Assembly: GCA_965198005.1 (NCBI GenBank)
Contig: CBDAOI010000003.1
Coordinates: 1,088,001-1,152,000 of the forward strand
Direction: 5' to 3'
Source: Spirochaetia bacterium
GTDB lineage: Bacteria; Spirochaetota; Spirochaetia; SZUA-6; Bin103
Length of the DNA: 64,000 bases
The stretch's first letter is position 1; every line of letters begins with the position of its first letter. Positions 38,822 through 49,135 of this stretch are shown here, one piece after another. The position numbers were made by a program, and so were the translations under genes. The notes below the pieces were generated by a model. The model was not told where the DNA came from and did no database searches. It worked only from the letters and a program-made list of their open reading frames with translations.

Positions 38822-40330
38822 ATGAAGGATAGTAAGAAGGATAGACCAAATCCATACTGCGACGCGCTCGGGGTCGGGATTCCGAAGCTTGAGGTGGCCA
38901 AGGACAACCGGGGGACCCATTATTACAGGCTACTGATCGTGGTACTCCTGGAGCGAGGCGAACCCGTCACCCTGCAGGAAGCCGCGCAGCGCTTCGAGGA
39001 GGCTGGGGTGGCGCCTGCCGCGCATGCCCTGGCTTCGCTGAAGCGGTGCAAGCCGGGGCGTGCACCGATCTACCGTGATGGCGACCGGTACGCGCTCGAT
39101 CCCTACGACGCCGAGGCCGATCTGTGGGTCTATCGCCTTGGCTTGCGCCCATGGAAGGCTGCGTCGCCCGTGGATCGCCCCGCGCCGGAACCACTTCCCA
39201 CCGTTGATGCTCCGTTGACGGCGGCGTATCTCGACGAGGCATGGCGAGACGGCGTCCCAAGCAGTTGGTCGGCTCAGCGCGTGGTTCTCTGCGTCCTGGA
39301 TGCGCACGGCAGGGCTATGGATCCGGAGGACGTGATCTCGTTCGTGTCGGCGCGCAGCCAGTGGTATCCCGTCCCAGCCAGGTCGGCCAACTATTGGCGG
39401 CGTGGATCTGCGATTCGAGCAAGAGAGGACGGCTGCTGGGAACTCGACCCCAACCACGATGCGCTTCGCTCTGCACGGCAAGCTGTCATCGACCGGATCG
39501 AGACTCGCAGGCGTTGGGCAAACGAGCCACCTGATCCGGCTGTGGTTGCCGCCAATCGAATACGCTTGGAACACGAGCGCGAGGCCCGCGCCAAGGAACT
39601 CGGCCGCATGCGGCGAGTGCTGATCCACCCGTTCCCCGCCAGGAAGCCTGAGGCGCTGGTGCTGGTCGACGTCGCCGAGCGGGATCTCCACACTTTCGTG
39701 CGAGACGAGATCGCAAGCGCCGTGGAGAAGCTCGCTGCCTATGACATCATTGCAGCCATCGACGTGCGCACGCTGCTGCGGACGTTAGGCTTCGAGCCCG
39801 GGGCCCGTCGCCTTGGTGAGTTGGGACCTCCGCAGAAGACAAGAACGATCAATAGGAGCGGGCGGACCCTCAAGATCACGGTGAGTTTGCTGGTACAGGG
39901 CTCGTGCGGCATCAGCCGCCCGTTCGGCGACGCCAAGAAAATGCGTGAGTACCTCGCCGGCGGCGAGCTGACGAAGCTGCGTCGCCGGCTCGAAGCCGAC
40001 GCCAAGTCGCTCTACGCCATCTATCAATATGGGCGCCTGCACGGCACCGTGCGGCTACGCTGGGGATTTCTGGACGAACTCCTCCCCGCTCCATGGGTGC
40101 AGCGCGACGAGGTAAAGCTCTACCACCTCAAGGATCAGTCTTACCAGCGCGGCGTGCCGCTCGAGATCGTGGTTGGCAGTGCACCCGGCTGGGCGGACCC
40201 ATGGTCACGGCGACAGTTGGCCCACGTCGAAAAGGAGCAGGACGGCTGGCGGTCGTGGCTGGTCGACGACTACGGCCACGTGATCCACGAGCATGAGATC
40301 CAGCTCGCTCGGCTGTCGGGCTCCGGGTAG
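38822..40330 (+). CDS. Hypothetical protein (502 aa), possibly with two winged-helix-like segments
   Basis: Long uninterrupted ORF with GAGG RBS; no family recognised. Confidence 0.7.
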   Translation: MKDSKKDRPNPYCDALGVGIPKLEVAKDNRGTHYYRLLIVVLLERGEPVTLQEAAQRFEEAGVAPAAHALASLKRCKPGRAPIYRDGDRYALDPYDAEADLWVYRLGLRPWKAASPVDRPAPEPLPTVDAPLTAAYLDEAWRDGVPSSWSAQRVVLCVLDAHGRAMDPEDVISFVSARSQWYPVPARSANYWRRGSAIRAREDGCWELDPNHDALRSARQAVIDRIETRRRWANEPPDPAVVAANRIRLEHEREARAKELGRMRRVLIHPFPARKPEALVLVDVAERDLHTFVRDEIASAVEKLAAYDIIAAIDVRTLLRTLGFEPGARRLGELGPPQKTRTINRSGRTLKITVSLLVQGSCGISRPFGDAKKMREYLAGGELTKLRRRLEADAKSLYAIYQYGRLHGTVRLRWGFLDELLPAPWVQRDEVKLYHLKDQSYQRGVPLEIVVGSAPGWADPWSRRQLAHVEKEQDGWRSWLVDDYGHVIHEHEIQLARLSGSG

Positions 40331-40468
40331 TGCTGTGCTTGAGGATGGCTTCGCGCCATAGGTGCCGGGAATGCCCCGGGACCTGGGTCGGGCGATCAAA
40401 TGCCGGTCACCGGTCCACCGTAAGCGGCATTCAAGCGGCATGCAGCTACCCGCACAAGATACCTATCA

Positions 40469-40680
40469 GCCGATCGGGACGAAGGTGATTTCCAGGGCTT
40501 CCAGGGCATTGATGATGGCGCTGGCGACCAAGCCGAGCCCCAGCGCCGCCGCGGCGCCGAGCAGGTAGGTGGCCAGCGCCTCCACCAGCAACAGCAGCAG
40601 CAACTGCGCGCGGGTCGTGCCGATGGCGCGTAGCGATCCCAGCTCGCGCAGGCGTTCCAGGAAGGAGACCGAGATGATCG
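40469..40680 (-). pseudogene. Fragment of an ABC permease paralogous to 32081-32283
   Basis: Closely similar nucleotide sequence encoding FLERLRELGSLRAIGTTRAQ.LLLLLVEALATYLLG; contains a 9-nt tandem duplication (TTCCAGGGC). Confidence 0.85.
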
Positions 40681-40696
40681 CAGGTCAGCAGCCAGA

Positions 40697-41614
40697 TCAG
40701 CAGGGGAGTGTTAGGTCTTCATCGTCTTCCTCGTTCGCCTCGTACCTGAATGACTTGAGTTCCACGCCCCATACGAAGCCGGCATCGGCGTGGTTGTAGC
40801 CGGCCTCGACCGCCAGCGAGACGCGCAGCCAGTCGATTCCCAGAGCGCCGCCGACGGTGAAGTCGCCCGCCGGGGCGGCTCCCCGCGTCTCGTCCCAGAA
40901 CAGGCCGCCGTCCGCAAACGTGCCCACGTAGATCCCGTCCAGGATCGGCACGCCGCCGGTTTGCAGAAAGTGGAGCCGGGCCTCCAGGTCGAGCACCAGC
41001 GCGGTCGTGCCGCCGGTATCGCTGCGTATCCCTTCCAGCAGCCCCAACAGGCGCCCGACGCTGAAGTCGCCGAACCGGTAACCGATCAGGTCGCGTGCCA
41101 GCTCCGGAGTCCGGCGGGTCAGGCCGCCGTGCAGCAGGCGCGGCTCGACGATGAAGGTGCGGTCGAGGAACCGCATCGGAGCGGCCAGTCCGACGCCGTA
41201 CGCGGCGGCCGCCCGGCGCAGGAGCTGGAGGGTGCTGAGGTCCGCTACCAGCGAGACGCGGCTGCGGTAGTCGGCCAGCAGCAGTAGCCCGCCCCGGTGG
41301 TCGCTCGCGTCCAGGTAGGGCAGGCGTCCCGGCGAGTGCTGCCGGTAGAGGCCGACCGCCTGCAGCGCGTCGTTGCCGTAGCCGGCGCCGAGATTGAAGC
41401 CGAGCGGGTCGAATCCCAGCACCGATCCGTAGCCCAGCACCCGGTGCGGCCCGAAGCCGACCCCCAGCCCCAGCAGGTATTCGCCACCCCATCGGGAGGC
41501 CTCCCCGACCAGCTCGGGCGCCGGGCCGGGCCGGTCGGACTGCGCGAACGCGGCGACCGCCGCCAGCAGGAGCACACAGCAAGGTGTCAACCCCCGGGCG
41601 CTGGAAGCGATCAA
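40697..41614 (-). CDS. Secreted/outer-membrane hypothetical protein; start uncertain
   Basis: Signal peptide LLLAAVAAFA-Q; Gly/aromatic-rich amphipathic strands. Confidence 0.6.
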   Translation of the reverse strand: MIASSARGLTPCCVLLLAAVAAFAQSDRPGPAPELVGEASRWGGEYLLGLGVGFGPHRVLGYGSVLGFDPLGFNLGAGYGNDALQAVGLYRQHSPGRLPYLDASDHRGGLLLLADYRSRVSLVADLSTLQLLRRAAAAYGVGLAAPMRFLDRTFIVEPRLLHGGLTRRTPELARDLIGYRFGDFSVGRLLGLLEGIRSDTGGTTALVLDLEARLHFLQTGGVPILDGIYVGTFADGGLFWDETRGAAPAGDFTVGGALGIDWLRVSLAVEAGYNHADAGFVWGVELKSFRYEANEEDDEDLTLPC

Positions 41615-41639
41615 CCAGGAAGGTCAGAATCGCCCGTTC

Positions 41640-42388
41640 CTACGCTACGGAACGCCTGCCACGAAGATCCTGCTCGAAGTGGATCGCGTCTCGGACCCGT
41701 TCGAGGGGCATATCGTAATCTCCAGCGAGCAGAACCATAGCATCCCCCCCCCGGTGGCGTTGATACAACATTTCCGTCGGTATACCCGTCCCGGCGAGAC
41801 ATGGCCTGCCGAACTGAACCGAAGGATTGATCTCGATTGTCCGTGGCTCCGCCGACTCTACTTCGGCTGTGGGGAACGGGAAGAGCTTACAGGCGTCCCC
41901 GCCGGGGTGTCTTTCGATTCTTTGCAGGGCAGCCCTGAGCACCTTGTCGAGAAGGATCTGCTTGTCGTGGTCGCTGACGTTGGTCAACAACCCGGACACG
42001 TGCGCAAACAGCTCGTACCCATCGGTAAGAATGTCTTGCTCCGCCAAGGGATGCTCTGAGTTCCACACGTCGGACAGGATTGCTATGGCTGTTCTGACGC
42101 GGTATAGTGTCACCCGGTGCCGCTTCCGTATCGAATTGAGGACGTGCAACTCAACCAGATTGCGAAACGACAACATCCGGTGCCGGGAGTCGTCCAACTG
42201 AAGCACAGGCTGGAACGTTCCCCATCCGGTCTTCGTGCCAACAAACCAAGCTCGAACGGTGGCTACCGGGGCCCTGACGTAGCGTGAGGCATCGGCGAAC
42301 GTGTATGCGCCGAGCGTCGATACGTCATAGCCCACAGGCGGAGCCCTTGGCCAAGGGGTGGGGGAACGCCGCGCCGCTGGTCGGGCAT
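41640..42388 (-). pseudogene. HTH plus DUF433 antitoxin (VapB45-like), apparent 1-nt frameshift at ~42332
   Basis: AYTFADASRY, LSFRNLVELHVL, INPSVQFGRPCLAGTGIP; the GGGAGG-ATG start at 42388 joins the main frame if one G is added at the GGG run. Confidence 0.75.
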
Positions 42389-42651
42389 GGCGATCCTCCC
42401 GCTGGCACCTGTTCCGTGGCAGTGATGCTTCCACCCATCTTGCAGAACCGTACTGCTGGCAGCCCGGTGCGTCAATTACGTGGAGCGTCGTGATCGATGT
42501 CCGCGTCGACATCCGCGCTGTCCGCGCTGGACCCTGGGCTCGACGTGTGCGAAGGAGTGGCGCGCCCTGGCTCGCCGTGTGGCCGTTGTGGCCGCCCGCC
42601 CGCTTGACACCCCGGCTGCACGCCGGTCAGATGGAAAGGCGAGGCTTGGTC

Positions 42652-43215
42652 ATGAGCACCCTGGTCGAACAACGCCGGCTTGTCGTCGATGAGTACCACG
42701 CGATGGCCGAGACCGGCATTCTGAGGGCGGACGAGCGCGTCGAACTGCTGGAGGGGGTGATCGTTCCCATGTCCCCGATCGGTGAGCGACACGCGGGGTG
42801 CGTCATGGCGCTGGCCCAGTTTCTGTATGAAGGCGCGCGGCGCCGGGCCAACGTCAGTGTGCAGGGGCCGCTCCGCATCGATGAGCGCACCGAGTTGCAG
42901 CCCGATCTGATGCTGCTCAGGTGGCGCGACGACTTCTACCGCTCGCGCCACCCTGTTCCCGCAGACGTGCTGCTGCTGATCGAGGTGTCCGACACCACCC
43001 TCTCCTTCGACCGTACGGAGAAGTCCCCCCTCTACGCCCGTGCCGGGATCTCCGAGGTATGGCTGGTGAATCTCCCGGAGCAATGCATCGAGGTGCACAC
43101 CGAGCCACGCGGCTCGCGCTACGGCACGGTACGAGTGGCGCGCAGCGGTATCGACCTCGTGCCGTCCGCGTTGGCAGACATCTCGCTGCCCGTAACTCAG
43201 GTGCTGGCCGGCTAG
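42652..43215 (+). CDS. Uma2 family endonuclease
   Basis: VDEYHAMAETGIL...RVELLEG...QPDL...LLIEVSDTTL..DR..K..LYARAGI.EVWLVNL. Confidence 0.92.
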   Translation: MSTLVEQRRLVVDEYHAMAETGILRADERVELLEGVIVPMSPIGERHAGCVMALAQFLYEGARRRANVSVQGPLRIDERTELQPDLMLLRWRDDFYRSRHPVPADVLLLIEVSDTTLSFDRTEKSPLYARAGISEVWLVNLPEQCIEVHTEPRGSRYGTVRVARSGIDLVPSALADISLPVTQVLAG

Positions 43216-43511
43216 CCCAGTACCCGATAGGCGCGGTCCCGAGAAGCGCGATGACACCTGTCTGGCCGGGCGGCGGTCGTTCGAGGTGGCCGGCGGCGAC
43301 GACCAACCGCTACTGGGCCTCCGTACCTACGTGTTCTCGCGCACGTAAACATTCGGTTCACTGGTATCCCCGAGGGTAGTGAGCGCGCTGAACGGTAACC
43401 ACTAACACTCAAGTTTCGAAGTTTCGACTGGACACTCCCGAATTCGGGTGTTAGATTCTTGTAGGCGAGAGCTGGATGAGGGGAACTGCTCGGCACACTG
43501 ATGGGGAACGG

Positions 43512-44055
43512 TGAGGTGGTCCCGGTTGGTTGGACAGCCCGGGGGGTAGGTTAAGGTGTATTCCGTTGGTTGTCAACCCACCCCTCCCTGTCAAAAACAG
43601 GTGGCGGTAACAGGGGGTGGGGGTCCGGGGGAGGGGGAGCTCGATCCTGTGCATATTGTGGATAACTCCTCGCACCGGATCGCACACCCGCTCGCCTTCT
43701 GACCTCGGAACCCGCAATTGCCACCTGCTCCCCATGTCCGTTTACGCCACCTCCCGTCCGGGCGCCGCGACGCCGCGGTAGGCCTCGGACGGCGTCCGGC
43801 CACCGAGTGCCGAGTGCGGTCGCACGTCGTTGTAGAACTCGATCCACTCGTCGATCACCCGCTGCGCCACGAAGCCGTCCGCCAACTCGTGCAGGTACAC
43901 CGCTTCGTACTTCAGGGACCGCCACAGCCGCTCGATGAACACATTGTCCAGGCAACGCCCGCGCCCATCCATCGAGCACCGTATCCCCGCCGCCACCAGC
44001 AGCTCCGTGAACGCGATGCTGGTGAACTGGCTCCCCTGATCGGTGTTGAAGATCC
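43512..44055 (-). mobile_element. IS3-family insertion sequence remnant (3' part of the integrase core plus one terminal inverted repeat)
   Basis: IFNTDQGSQFTS...SMDGRGRCLDNVFIERLWRSLKYE...YN..RPHSALG; end sequence TGAGGTGGTCCCGGTTGGTTGGACAG at 43512. Confidence 0.85.
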
Positions 44056-44059
44056 GCAT

Positions 44060-44578
44060 CATGGACGATAAGATTGTAGCGCTTAGAGGGATCGATATCG
44101 TCGCAGAATTCGATTCGCTTCCTTCGGAGACAGCTAATGCCATCATTGAGTCCCATTGCGAGGCCTACGGAAAGGTCCAAGCTGTATACGAAATGGCTGA
44201 TACGGCAGAGATTACGATAGAATAATAGCTTCGATGGAGAGCACGATGTCCTCAGCACACGATACGAACGATCTTTATCGGATTCCTCAGTGGAATGATG
44301 GAAGAACTTATACCCCATCTCTTGGTTGTCATGGATGCCCAGATCGTGACGTCTGTGGCGGTTTAAGCGGGTTTAAGCGTCCGTCGGTCGTTGTAAACCT
44401 CACGCGTCTTGCCGCAGAAGTGCCGCGTCGGTTACATCTCATAACGCGGGCGGCGCCGCGGAGCGTGCTGCGGACCTTCGCCACCGCGTTTGCAGAAGTG
44501 ACGGCGCTTGATGCAAATGCATTTATGAAGACGATTCTGCGGCAGTGCGCTGTACGAGCATCATGCGGAGAGAAGTGA
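44060..44578 (+). pseudogene. Lower-GC fragments of two hypothetical genes, the second with a CxxC-x4-C motif
   Basis: Short adjacent ORFs truncated by the IS; SLGCHGCPDRDVCGGL. Confidence 0.35.
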
Positions 44579-44750
44579 TGGCGAGAGGAGCGGAAGAACG
44601 CTGACCCGGCGCCAGCGCGGCTGCAAGGCGGCGTTCGAGGTCGCGCGCAAGATCGCCGCCCGCTGGCAGTGAGGTCAGCGCCCAGGCGAACAAAGTAAGC
44701 CCGCAGACCCGTTTGGCTTCACTCGTCGTTACTGGATGCGTTTCGGGCAC

Positions 44751-45089
44751 CTATCCCTGACCTGCGGCGAGCTCCAATACCTCTTCGGCCCACTGATTCA
44801 GGCTCTTGCCCGATATTTCTGCCGCCATGGCAGCCTTGCGGTGCGTTTCCGGGCTGACACGGAACATCACCCGGCCGGAGTAGGCCTTCTGGGGCTCCTT
44901 GCCGACCTTGGCGCAGGTCTCGAGGTAATCCTCGACTGCCTCGTGGAAGGCGAGTCTCAGGCCGTCCACCGATTCGGCGTGAAAGCCCACGCCATCCCGA
45001 ATCCCCGCGATCCGTCCCGTGAAGATTCGGTCGTCGTCGTCATATTCGATCCGGGCCGCGTAGCCCTTGTAGATCATGGTGTTTCTCAT
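44751..45089 (-). CDS. hicB: HicB family antitoxin
   Basis: YKGYAARIEYDDDDRIFTG...FHEAVEDYLETC...YSGRVMFRVSPETH..SLNQW. Confidence 0.92.
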   Translation of the reverse strand: MRNTMIYKGYAARIEYDDDDRIFTGRIAGIRDGVGFHAESVDGLRLAFHEAVEDYLETCAKVGKEPQKAYSGRVMFRVSPETHRKAAMAAEISGKSLNQWAEEVLELAAGQG

Positions 45090-45340
45090 GGGGTTACTCC
45101 GATCCGTTGCAGGAACGCACGGGCCGCGCGGACCTGGTAGCGTTTGGCCTCTTTTGTAGGATGCGGTCGGTGGAACGTCTCGATCTCGCCATCCTTCTCG
45201 AACCGCACCCGTGATCCTCGGCCCTCGATCAGCCGCGCACCGGCAGCGACAAGAAGGCTCTCGATCGCCGCCCACTCGATGGTGCCCGACAGCGGGTCCG
45301 TGAAGATGGCGGCAAGGGTCTTTCGTTGCTTGCTGTTCAA
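45086..45340 (-). CDS. hicA: HicA family toxin
   Basis: NSKQRKTLAAIF...IEWAAIESLL...EGRGSRVRF...FHRPHP.KEAKRYQV; TTG start, ATGA overlap with hicB. Confidence 0.92.
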   Translation of the reverse strand: MNSKQRKTLAAIFTDPLSGTIEWAAIESLLVAAGARLIEGRGSRVRFEKDGEIETFHRPHPTKEAKRYQVRAARAFLQRIGVTP

Positions 45341-45355
45341 CAGGCATAGGTTACA

Positions 45356-45384
45356 CACAAGCTTGCACAATATGCAAGCTTGTG
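45356..45384. promoter_or_regulatory. hicAB operator palindrome CACAAGCTTGCA-N5-TGCAAGCTTGTG
   Basis: Perfect 12-bp inverted repeat just upstream of hicA. Confidence 0.7.
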
Positions 45385-45569
45385 AATCGTCCGTGACTGC
45401 TACGGGACGAGCCGGGCCTGAGCCTCCGTGGCCGCAAGCAGCACCTCCACGGTCACGCGAGCGCCAATTCCGTAAGCGCCTCGCGCCAGTGCACGCACAG
45501 GACGCGTCCGATCTGCATGCGCGCCGGGTCGCGACTGATGCACAGGGCCACCGGGGAGGCGTGGAGGTC

Positions 45570-45716
45570 GGGGACGACGTGGTGCCGGCGCTCTCCCACC
45601 ACCCGTTCCCCGGCAACGTGCGGGAATTGCGGTCCCTGATCTTCGACGCCGTGTACCGCATGCGGGGCAGCCTGCTCACCGCCGGTGACCTGCAGTCGCT
45701 GCCCGGGGCTGCGTGA
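45570..45716 (+). pseudogene. Fragment of a sigma54-dependent activator (C-terminus of AAA+ domain)
   Basis: LSHHPFPGNVRELRSLI. Confidence 0.6.
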
Positions 45717-45849
45717 GGATCCCGCCGCAGGTAGCGGTCGCCGCCCATCGGTGTGAGCACGGGTTCGTCCCGGCGTCGCCGAACATGTTATGTTGAAACT
45801 GTAGACGGCTCAGCGTACCGTGACCGAAGCTGACCAAGGGATTTGGAAT

Positions 45850-46770
45850 ATGATGGATGAACCGGATGAACCGGTAATTCAGACCGACGGTCTGACCAAG
45901 CGTTTCGGAGCGATCACGGCGGTGGATGACCTCTCGATGGAGGTCCGGCGTGGCCATATCTACGGATTGCTGGGACCGAACGGGTCCGGTAAGACTACGA
46001 CGATGGGGATGCTGCTCGGCGTGCTGAGGCCGACGTCGGGCAGCTTTCGGCTGTTTGGCTCGACCGCGCGACACCGGGAGGCGCTGCGCCGCGTCGGGGC
46101 CGTCATCGAGAGCCCGGCCTTCTATCCGAACATGTCGGGGCGGGAGAATCTCGAGTACTTCCGTCTCATCTCGGGACGCGGTTCGTCGGCCGACGTCGAC
46201 GACGTGCTCCAAAAGGTGGGACTGGCGGGCCGGGGCGACGACCGCTTTCACACCTACTCGCAAGGGATGAAGCAGCGGCTGGGGATAGGCTACGCCCTGC
46301 TGGGTGACCCGGAACTGGTGTGCCTGGACGAGCCCACCAACGGCCTGGACCCCGAGGGCATGATCCAGGTGCGCGAGTTGATAAGGAGCCTCGGCGACGG
46401 CAGCAGGACGGTGCTGCTGTCGAGCCACCTGCTGCACGAGATCGAACAGGTCTGCGACCGCGTCACCATCATCTCGAAGGGAAAGCTGGTAGTCCAGGGC
46501 GAGGTCGCCGAACTGGTCCGTGCGGACAGGGACGAACTGGTCCGCGTGAAGACCACCGACGACGGGAAGGCGCGCGCGATACTGTCGGCGCTGGACTGGG
46601 TCGGGGAGGTGGGAACGACGGAGGATGGCGCACTTTCCGTGGCGGCGCCTATCGAGAGGTCGGGCGAGTTGACGGCGGCCATGAGCCGCTCCGAGGTCTA
46701 CGTCACCGAGATGGCGCCCGTCGGGAGGTCCCTCGAACAGTATTTCCTGGAAGTAACCGGCAGCGACTGA
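45850..46770 (+). CDS. ABC-2 type exporter ATP-binding protein (BcrA-like)
   Basis: GPNGSGKTT, YSQGMKQRLG, LDEPTNGLDP, SSHLL. Confidence 0.92.
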   Translation: MMDEPDEPVIQTDGLTKRFGAITAVDDLSMEVRRGHIYGLLGPNGSGKTTTMGMLLGVLRPTSGSFRLFGSTARHREALRRVGAVIESPAFYPNMSGRENLEYFRLISGRGSSADVDDVLQKVGLAGRGDDRFHTYSQGMKQRLGIGYALLGDPELVCLDEPTNGLDPEGMIQVRELIRSLGDGSRTVLLSSHLLHEIEQVCDRVTIISKGKLVVQGEVAELVRADRDELVRVKTTDDGKARAILSALDWVGEVGTTEDGALSVAAPIERSGELTAAMSRSEVYVTEMAPVGRSLEQYFLEVTGSD

Positions 46771-46783
46771 TGGAGAGGACACC

Positions 46784-47683
46784 ATGATAACCCACGTTCT
46801 GAGACTGACGAGAGGAGAGTGGTACAAGCTGCGCCGACGGCGGATACCCTGGATGCTGCTGGGCATCATCGCCGCCATTACGCAGGGCGTCTTCTGGTTG
46901 GGCTATGTCAGCTACCACCTTGGCGCCGATTCCGTAGCGGCAGCGGGGACCGCCGCGGCTCCTGAGAGCGGCGAAGGAGTCTCGGTAAGCGTCGGTCTGG
47001 TCGCAGACGGCGCAGGCGCGGACGGGTTCATCCTGCCGTTCAGCATCAATCGCAGGACCGAGCAACTCCCCATGATCTTCGTCATCCCCATCATGATCCT
47101 TACGGCTACGGTCATCGGGGTGGAGTACGGTCTGGGCACGCTGAGGGCGACGTTGACCCGAGGGGCCGGACGCTGGCAGCTGCTCAGCGCGAAGTTCGTC
47201 ATGCTCATGGTTGCGGGTAGCGCCGGGATCATCGTCATAGCCGCGCTCGTCGGCATTGCCAGCATCGTCGCGGCAATCTTACCGCCCTCCGGGGAGGGGC
47301 CGCTCGTGGCTGGCAACGCGGCGGCATGGAAGGCCGTGGCAACAGCGCTGGGCAAGGCGGTGTACGCCCTGGCGCCGTACGTCGCGTTGGCCGTGTTCCT
47401 GACGGTGGCGACCCGTTCCAACGCACAGGGCTTGGCGCTGTCGATGGGCTACTTCCTCTTCGAGCTGTTGATCGCTCCCGCGCTCGCCGGGATAGCCGTA
47501 TGGTTGGGGAACGTCCTGGACGTAACTCTCTTGGGCTCCAACGTTTCCGAATGGATGAGCGCGGCGTTCCCAACGGACAGCGCCCGGGCGTTCTTCGTCA
47601 TACTGGCATACACGGCGGTCTTGCTTGGCGCAGCGCTCTGGATCTTCCAGCGCAGGGACGTGCCCGGCGCAAAGGGGGAGTGA
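46784..47683 (+). CDS. ABC-2 type permease
   Basis: EWYKLRRR, EYGLGTLRATL, SAKF, C-terminal FQRRDV. Confidence 0.88.
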   Translation: MITHVLRLTRGEWYKLRRRRIPWMLLGIIAAITQGVFWLGYVSYHLGADSVAAAGTAAAPESGEGVSVSVGLVADGAGADGFILPFSINRRTEQLPMIFVIPIMILTATVIGVEYGLGTLRATLTRGAGRWQLLSAKFVMLMVAGSAGIIVIAALVGIASIVAAILPPSGEGPLVAGNAAAWKAVATALGKAVYALAPYVALAVFLTVATRSNAQGLALSMGYFLFELLIAPALAGIAVWLGNVLDVTLLGSNVSEWMSAAFPTDSARAFFVILAYTAVLLGAALWIFQRRDVPGAKGE

Positions 47684-47899
47684 ACAGGAAGTGACAGGAA
47701 CGGTAGTCGTGCGCTGTGCGGCAACCGCGTCGAACCCACCGCGGCCGGCGGCACGCGGCGCGTTCACGGCACCTTGAACACAACCATCGGAGCGCTCTGC
47801 TTGCCCGGAAGAATGAAGTCAATCACCGGAGATGGTCCCGAAGGAATGCCCGTGTCTTCACGAAATGGAGTGACATAGTTGTTGCGCGATTCGCCACCG

Positions 47900-48125
47900 A
47901 GGTAGAGCGGTGCACCACCCTGGAGCTGCGCGGCGGATGGGAACTGGACCTCACTCATGCTTCCGAGTACAGTGCGGTGCTGCTCGGTGACCGGGAACTG
48001 GTCGATGGCGCCGAGGTGTCGACCGCCGGCGATCGACTCAGCATCCACCTGCAAGGGGACGTCGATGAGGACCGGACCGTGCGGATCCTGATCACTGCGC
48101 CGACAATCGAGGCGCTGAATGGGAT
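47900..48125 (+). pseudogene. Fragment of a DUF2807/GIN-domain protein
   Basis: LELRGGWELDL...GDRELVDGAEVSTAGDRLSI...VRILITAPTIEAL; no start or signal peptide. Confidence 0.45.
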
Positions 48126-48441
48126 CGATGGGATCCGAGCGGTTGACGGGTTGCGGGATTGTTGGTTCACGGCCCGCGCGATGATTTTCGGGAGGAACTG
48201 TCGATGCAAAGCGTACCCTAGGGACGCAAGCTCCGACTCGCGGCCCCGCTGGCGATCTGGTAGTTGGCGCGGCTGTCCGGTTACCACGGCGTGAAGCGCT
48301 TTAGATGGCTTTAGATGTGCATATTCCCGAATGCAAGCAAACCCACAAGGAAGGTATCAGACATCAGATTTACAATCGGATAACGACGTTCGTCCACTTT
48401 GGCACAGCGGCGGGCATGGCGCCGCGCGGCCTTGCTTGCTA

Positions 48442-48590
48442 GTAGCTGCGTCTTCGCGGCACAGCCCGTAGACGTGGCAGTAGAGAGCGTCGAGGCGGGT
48501 GCGGAGGTGGCCGCGGCTCGGGGTTCCAGATGAACGGCGGGCCGTCGTAGCTGAAGTCCGCGCGAAGGGCGCCATGTCGCGGGCGGTGTA
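48442..48590 (-). pseudogene. Degenerate third copy of the Type IIG RM C-terminus
   Basis: YTARDMAPFAR / YDGPPFIWNPE / HLRTRLDALYCHVYGLCREDAA across frames. Confidence 0.8.
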
Positions 48591-49135
48591 TCGCCCTGAC
48601 TCTTGGCCAACCGGCCCCAGCGTGGCAGCAACTCCCGGCAGTACGGCAAGCGCACCGACACGTGCCCGGTGAGACGGTGAGACGCCGTGCGCTCCAGCGT
48701 GCGCCCCATTGCTGGGTTTATGCGTTTGTGTCGTGGGCGATCAGCGTATCGAGCGTTATCTGTGGATGGGGATGTAGACAGCGATGCCAAGGGACATCTC
48801 CATCGGCGACGTGCCGCCCTACCTCGCTTCGCGACGCCTGTCCGCCCACCGGACTCGTTCCGAAAATACGGAGCGGAGTGGACTTCTTCCGCTGCCTAAT
48901 ACGATGCTGAATGGTAACTTATTCAGCCCGTTGAGAGAATCTTGAGGATAAGTTGTTCAAGGGGATAGACTTGCTTACGCAGGATGTTTGCCGGCCGCCC
49001 GATCCTTCCCCCTTGTCTCACTCCCCCCACCCCGGCTGAATAGTTACCAGAACGGATGGATATACGTCAAGTATATCCTGCGGTCCTGCTGTTTGTTTTT
49101 CTGCTCACGGCCCATCTGAAAGCGGACAACGGCGA

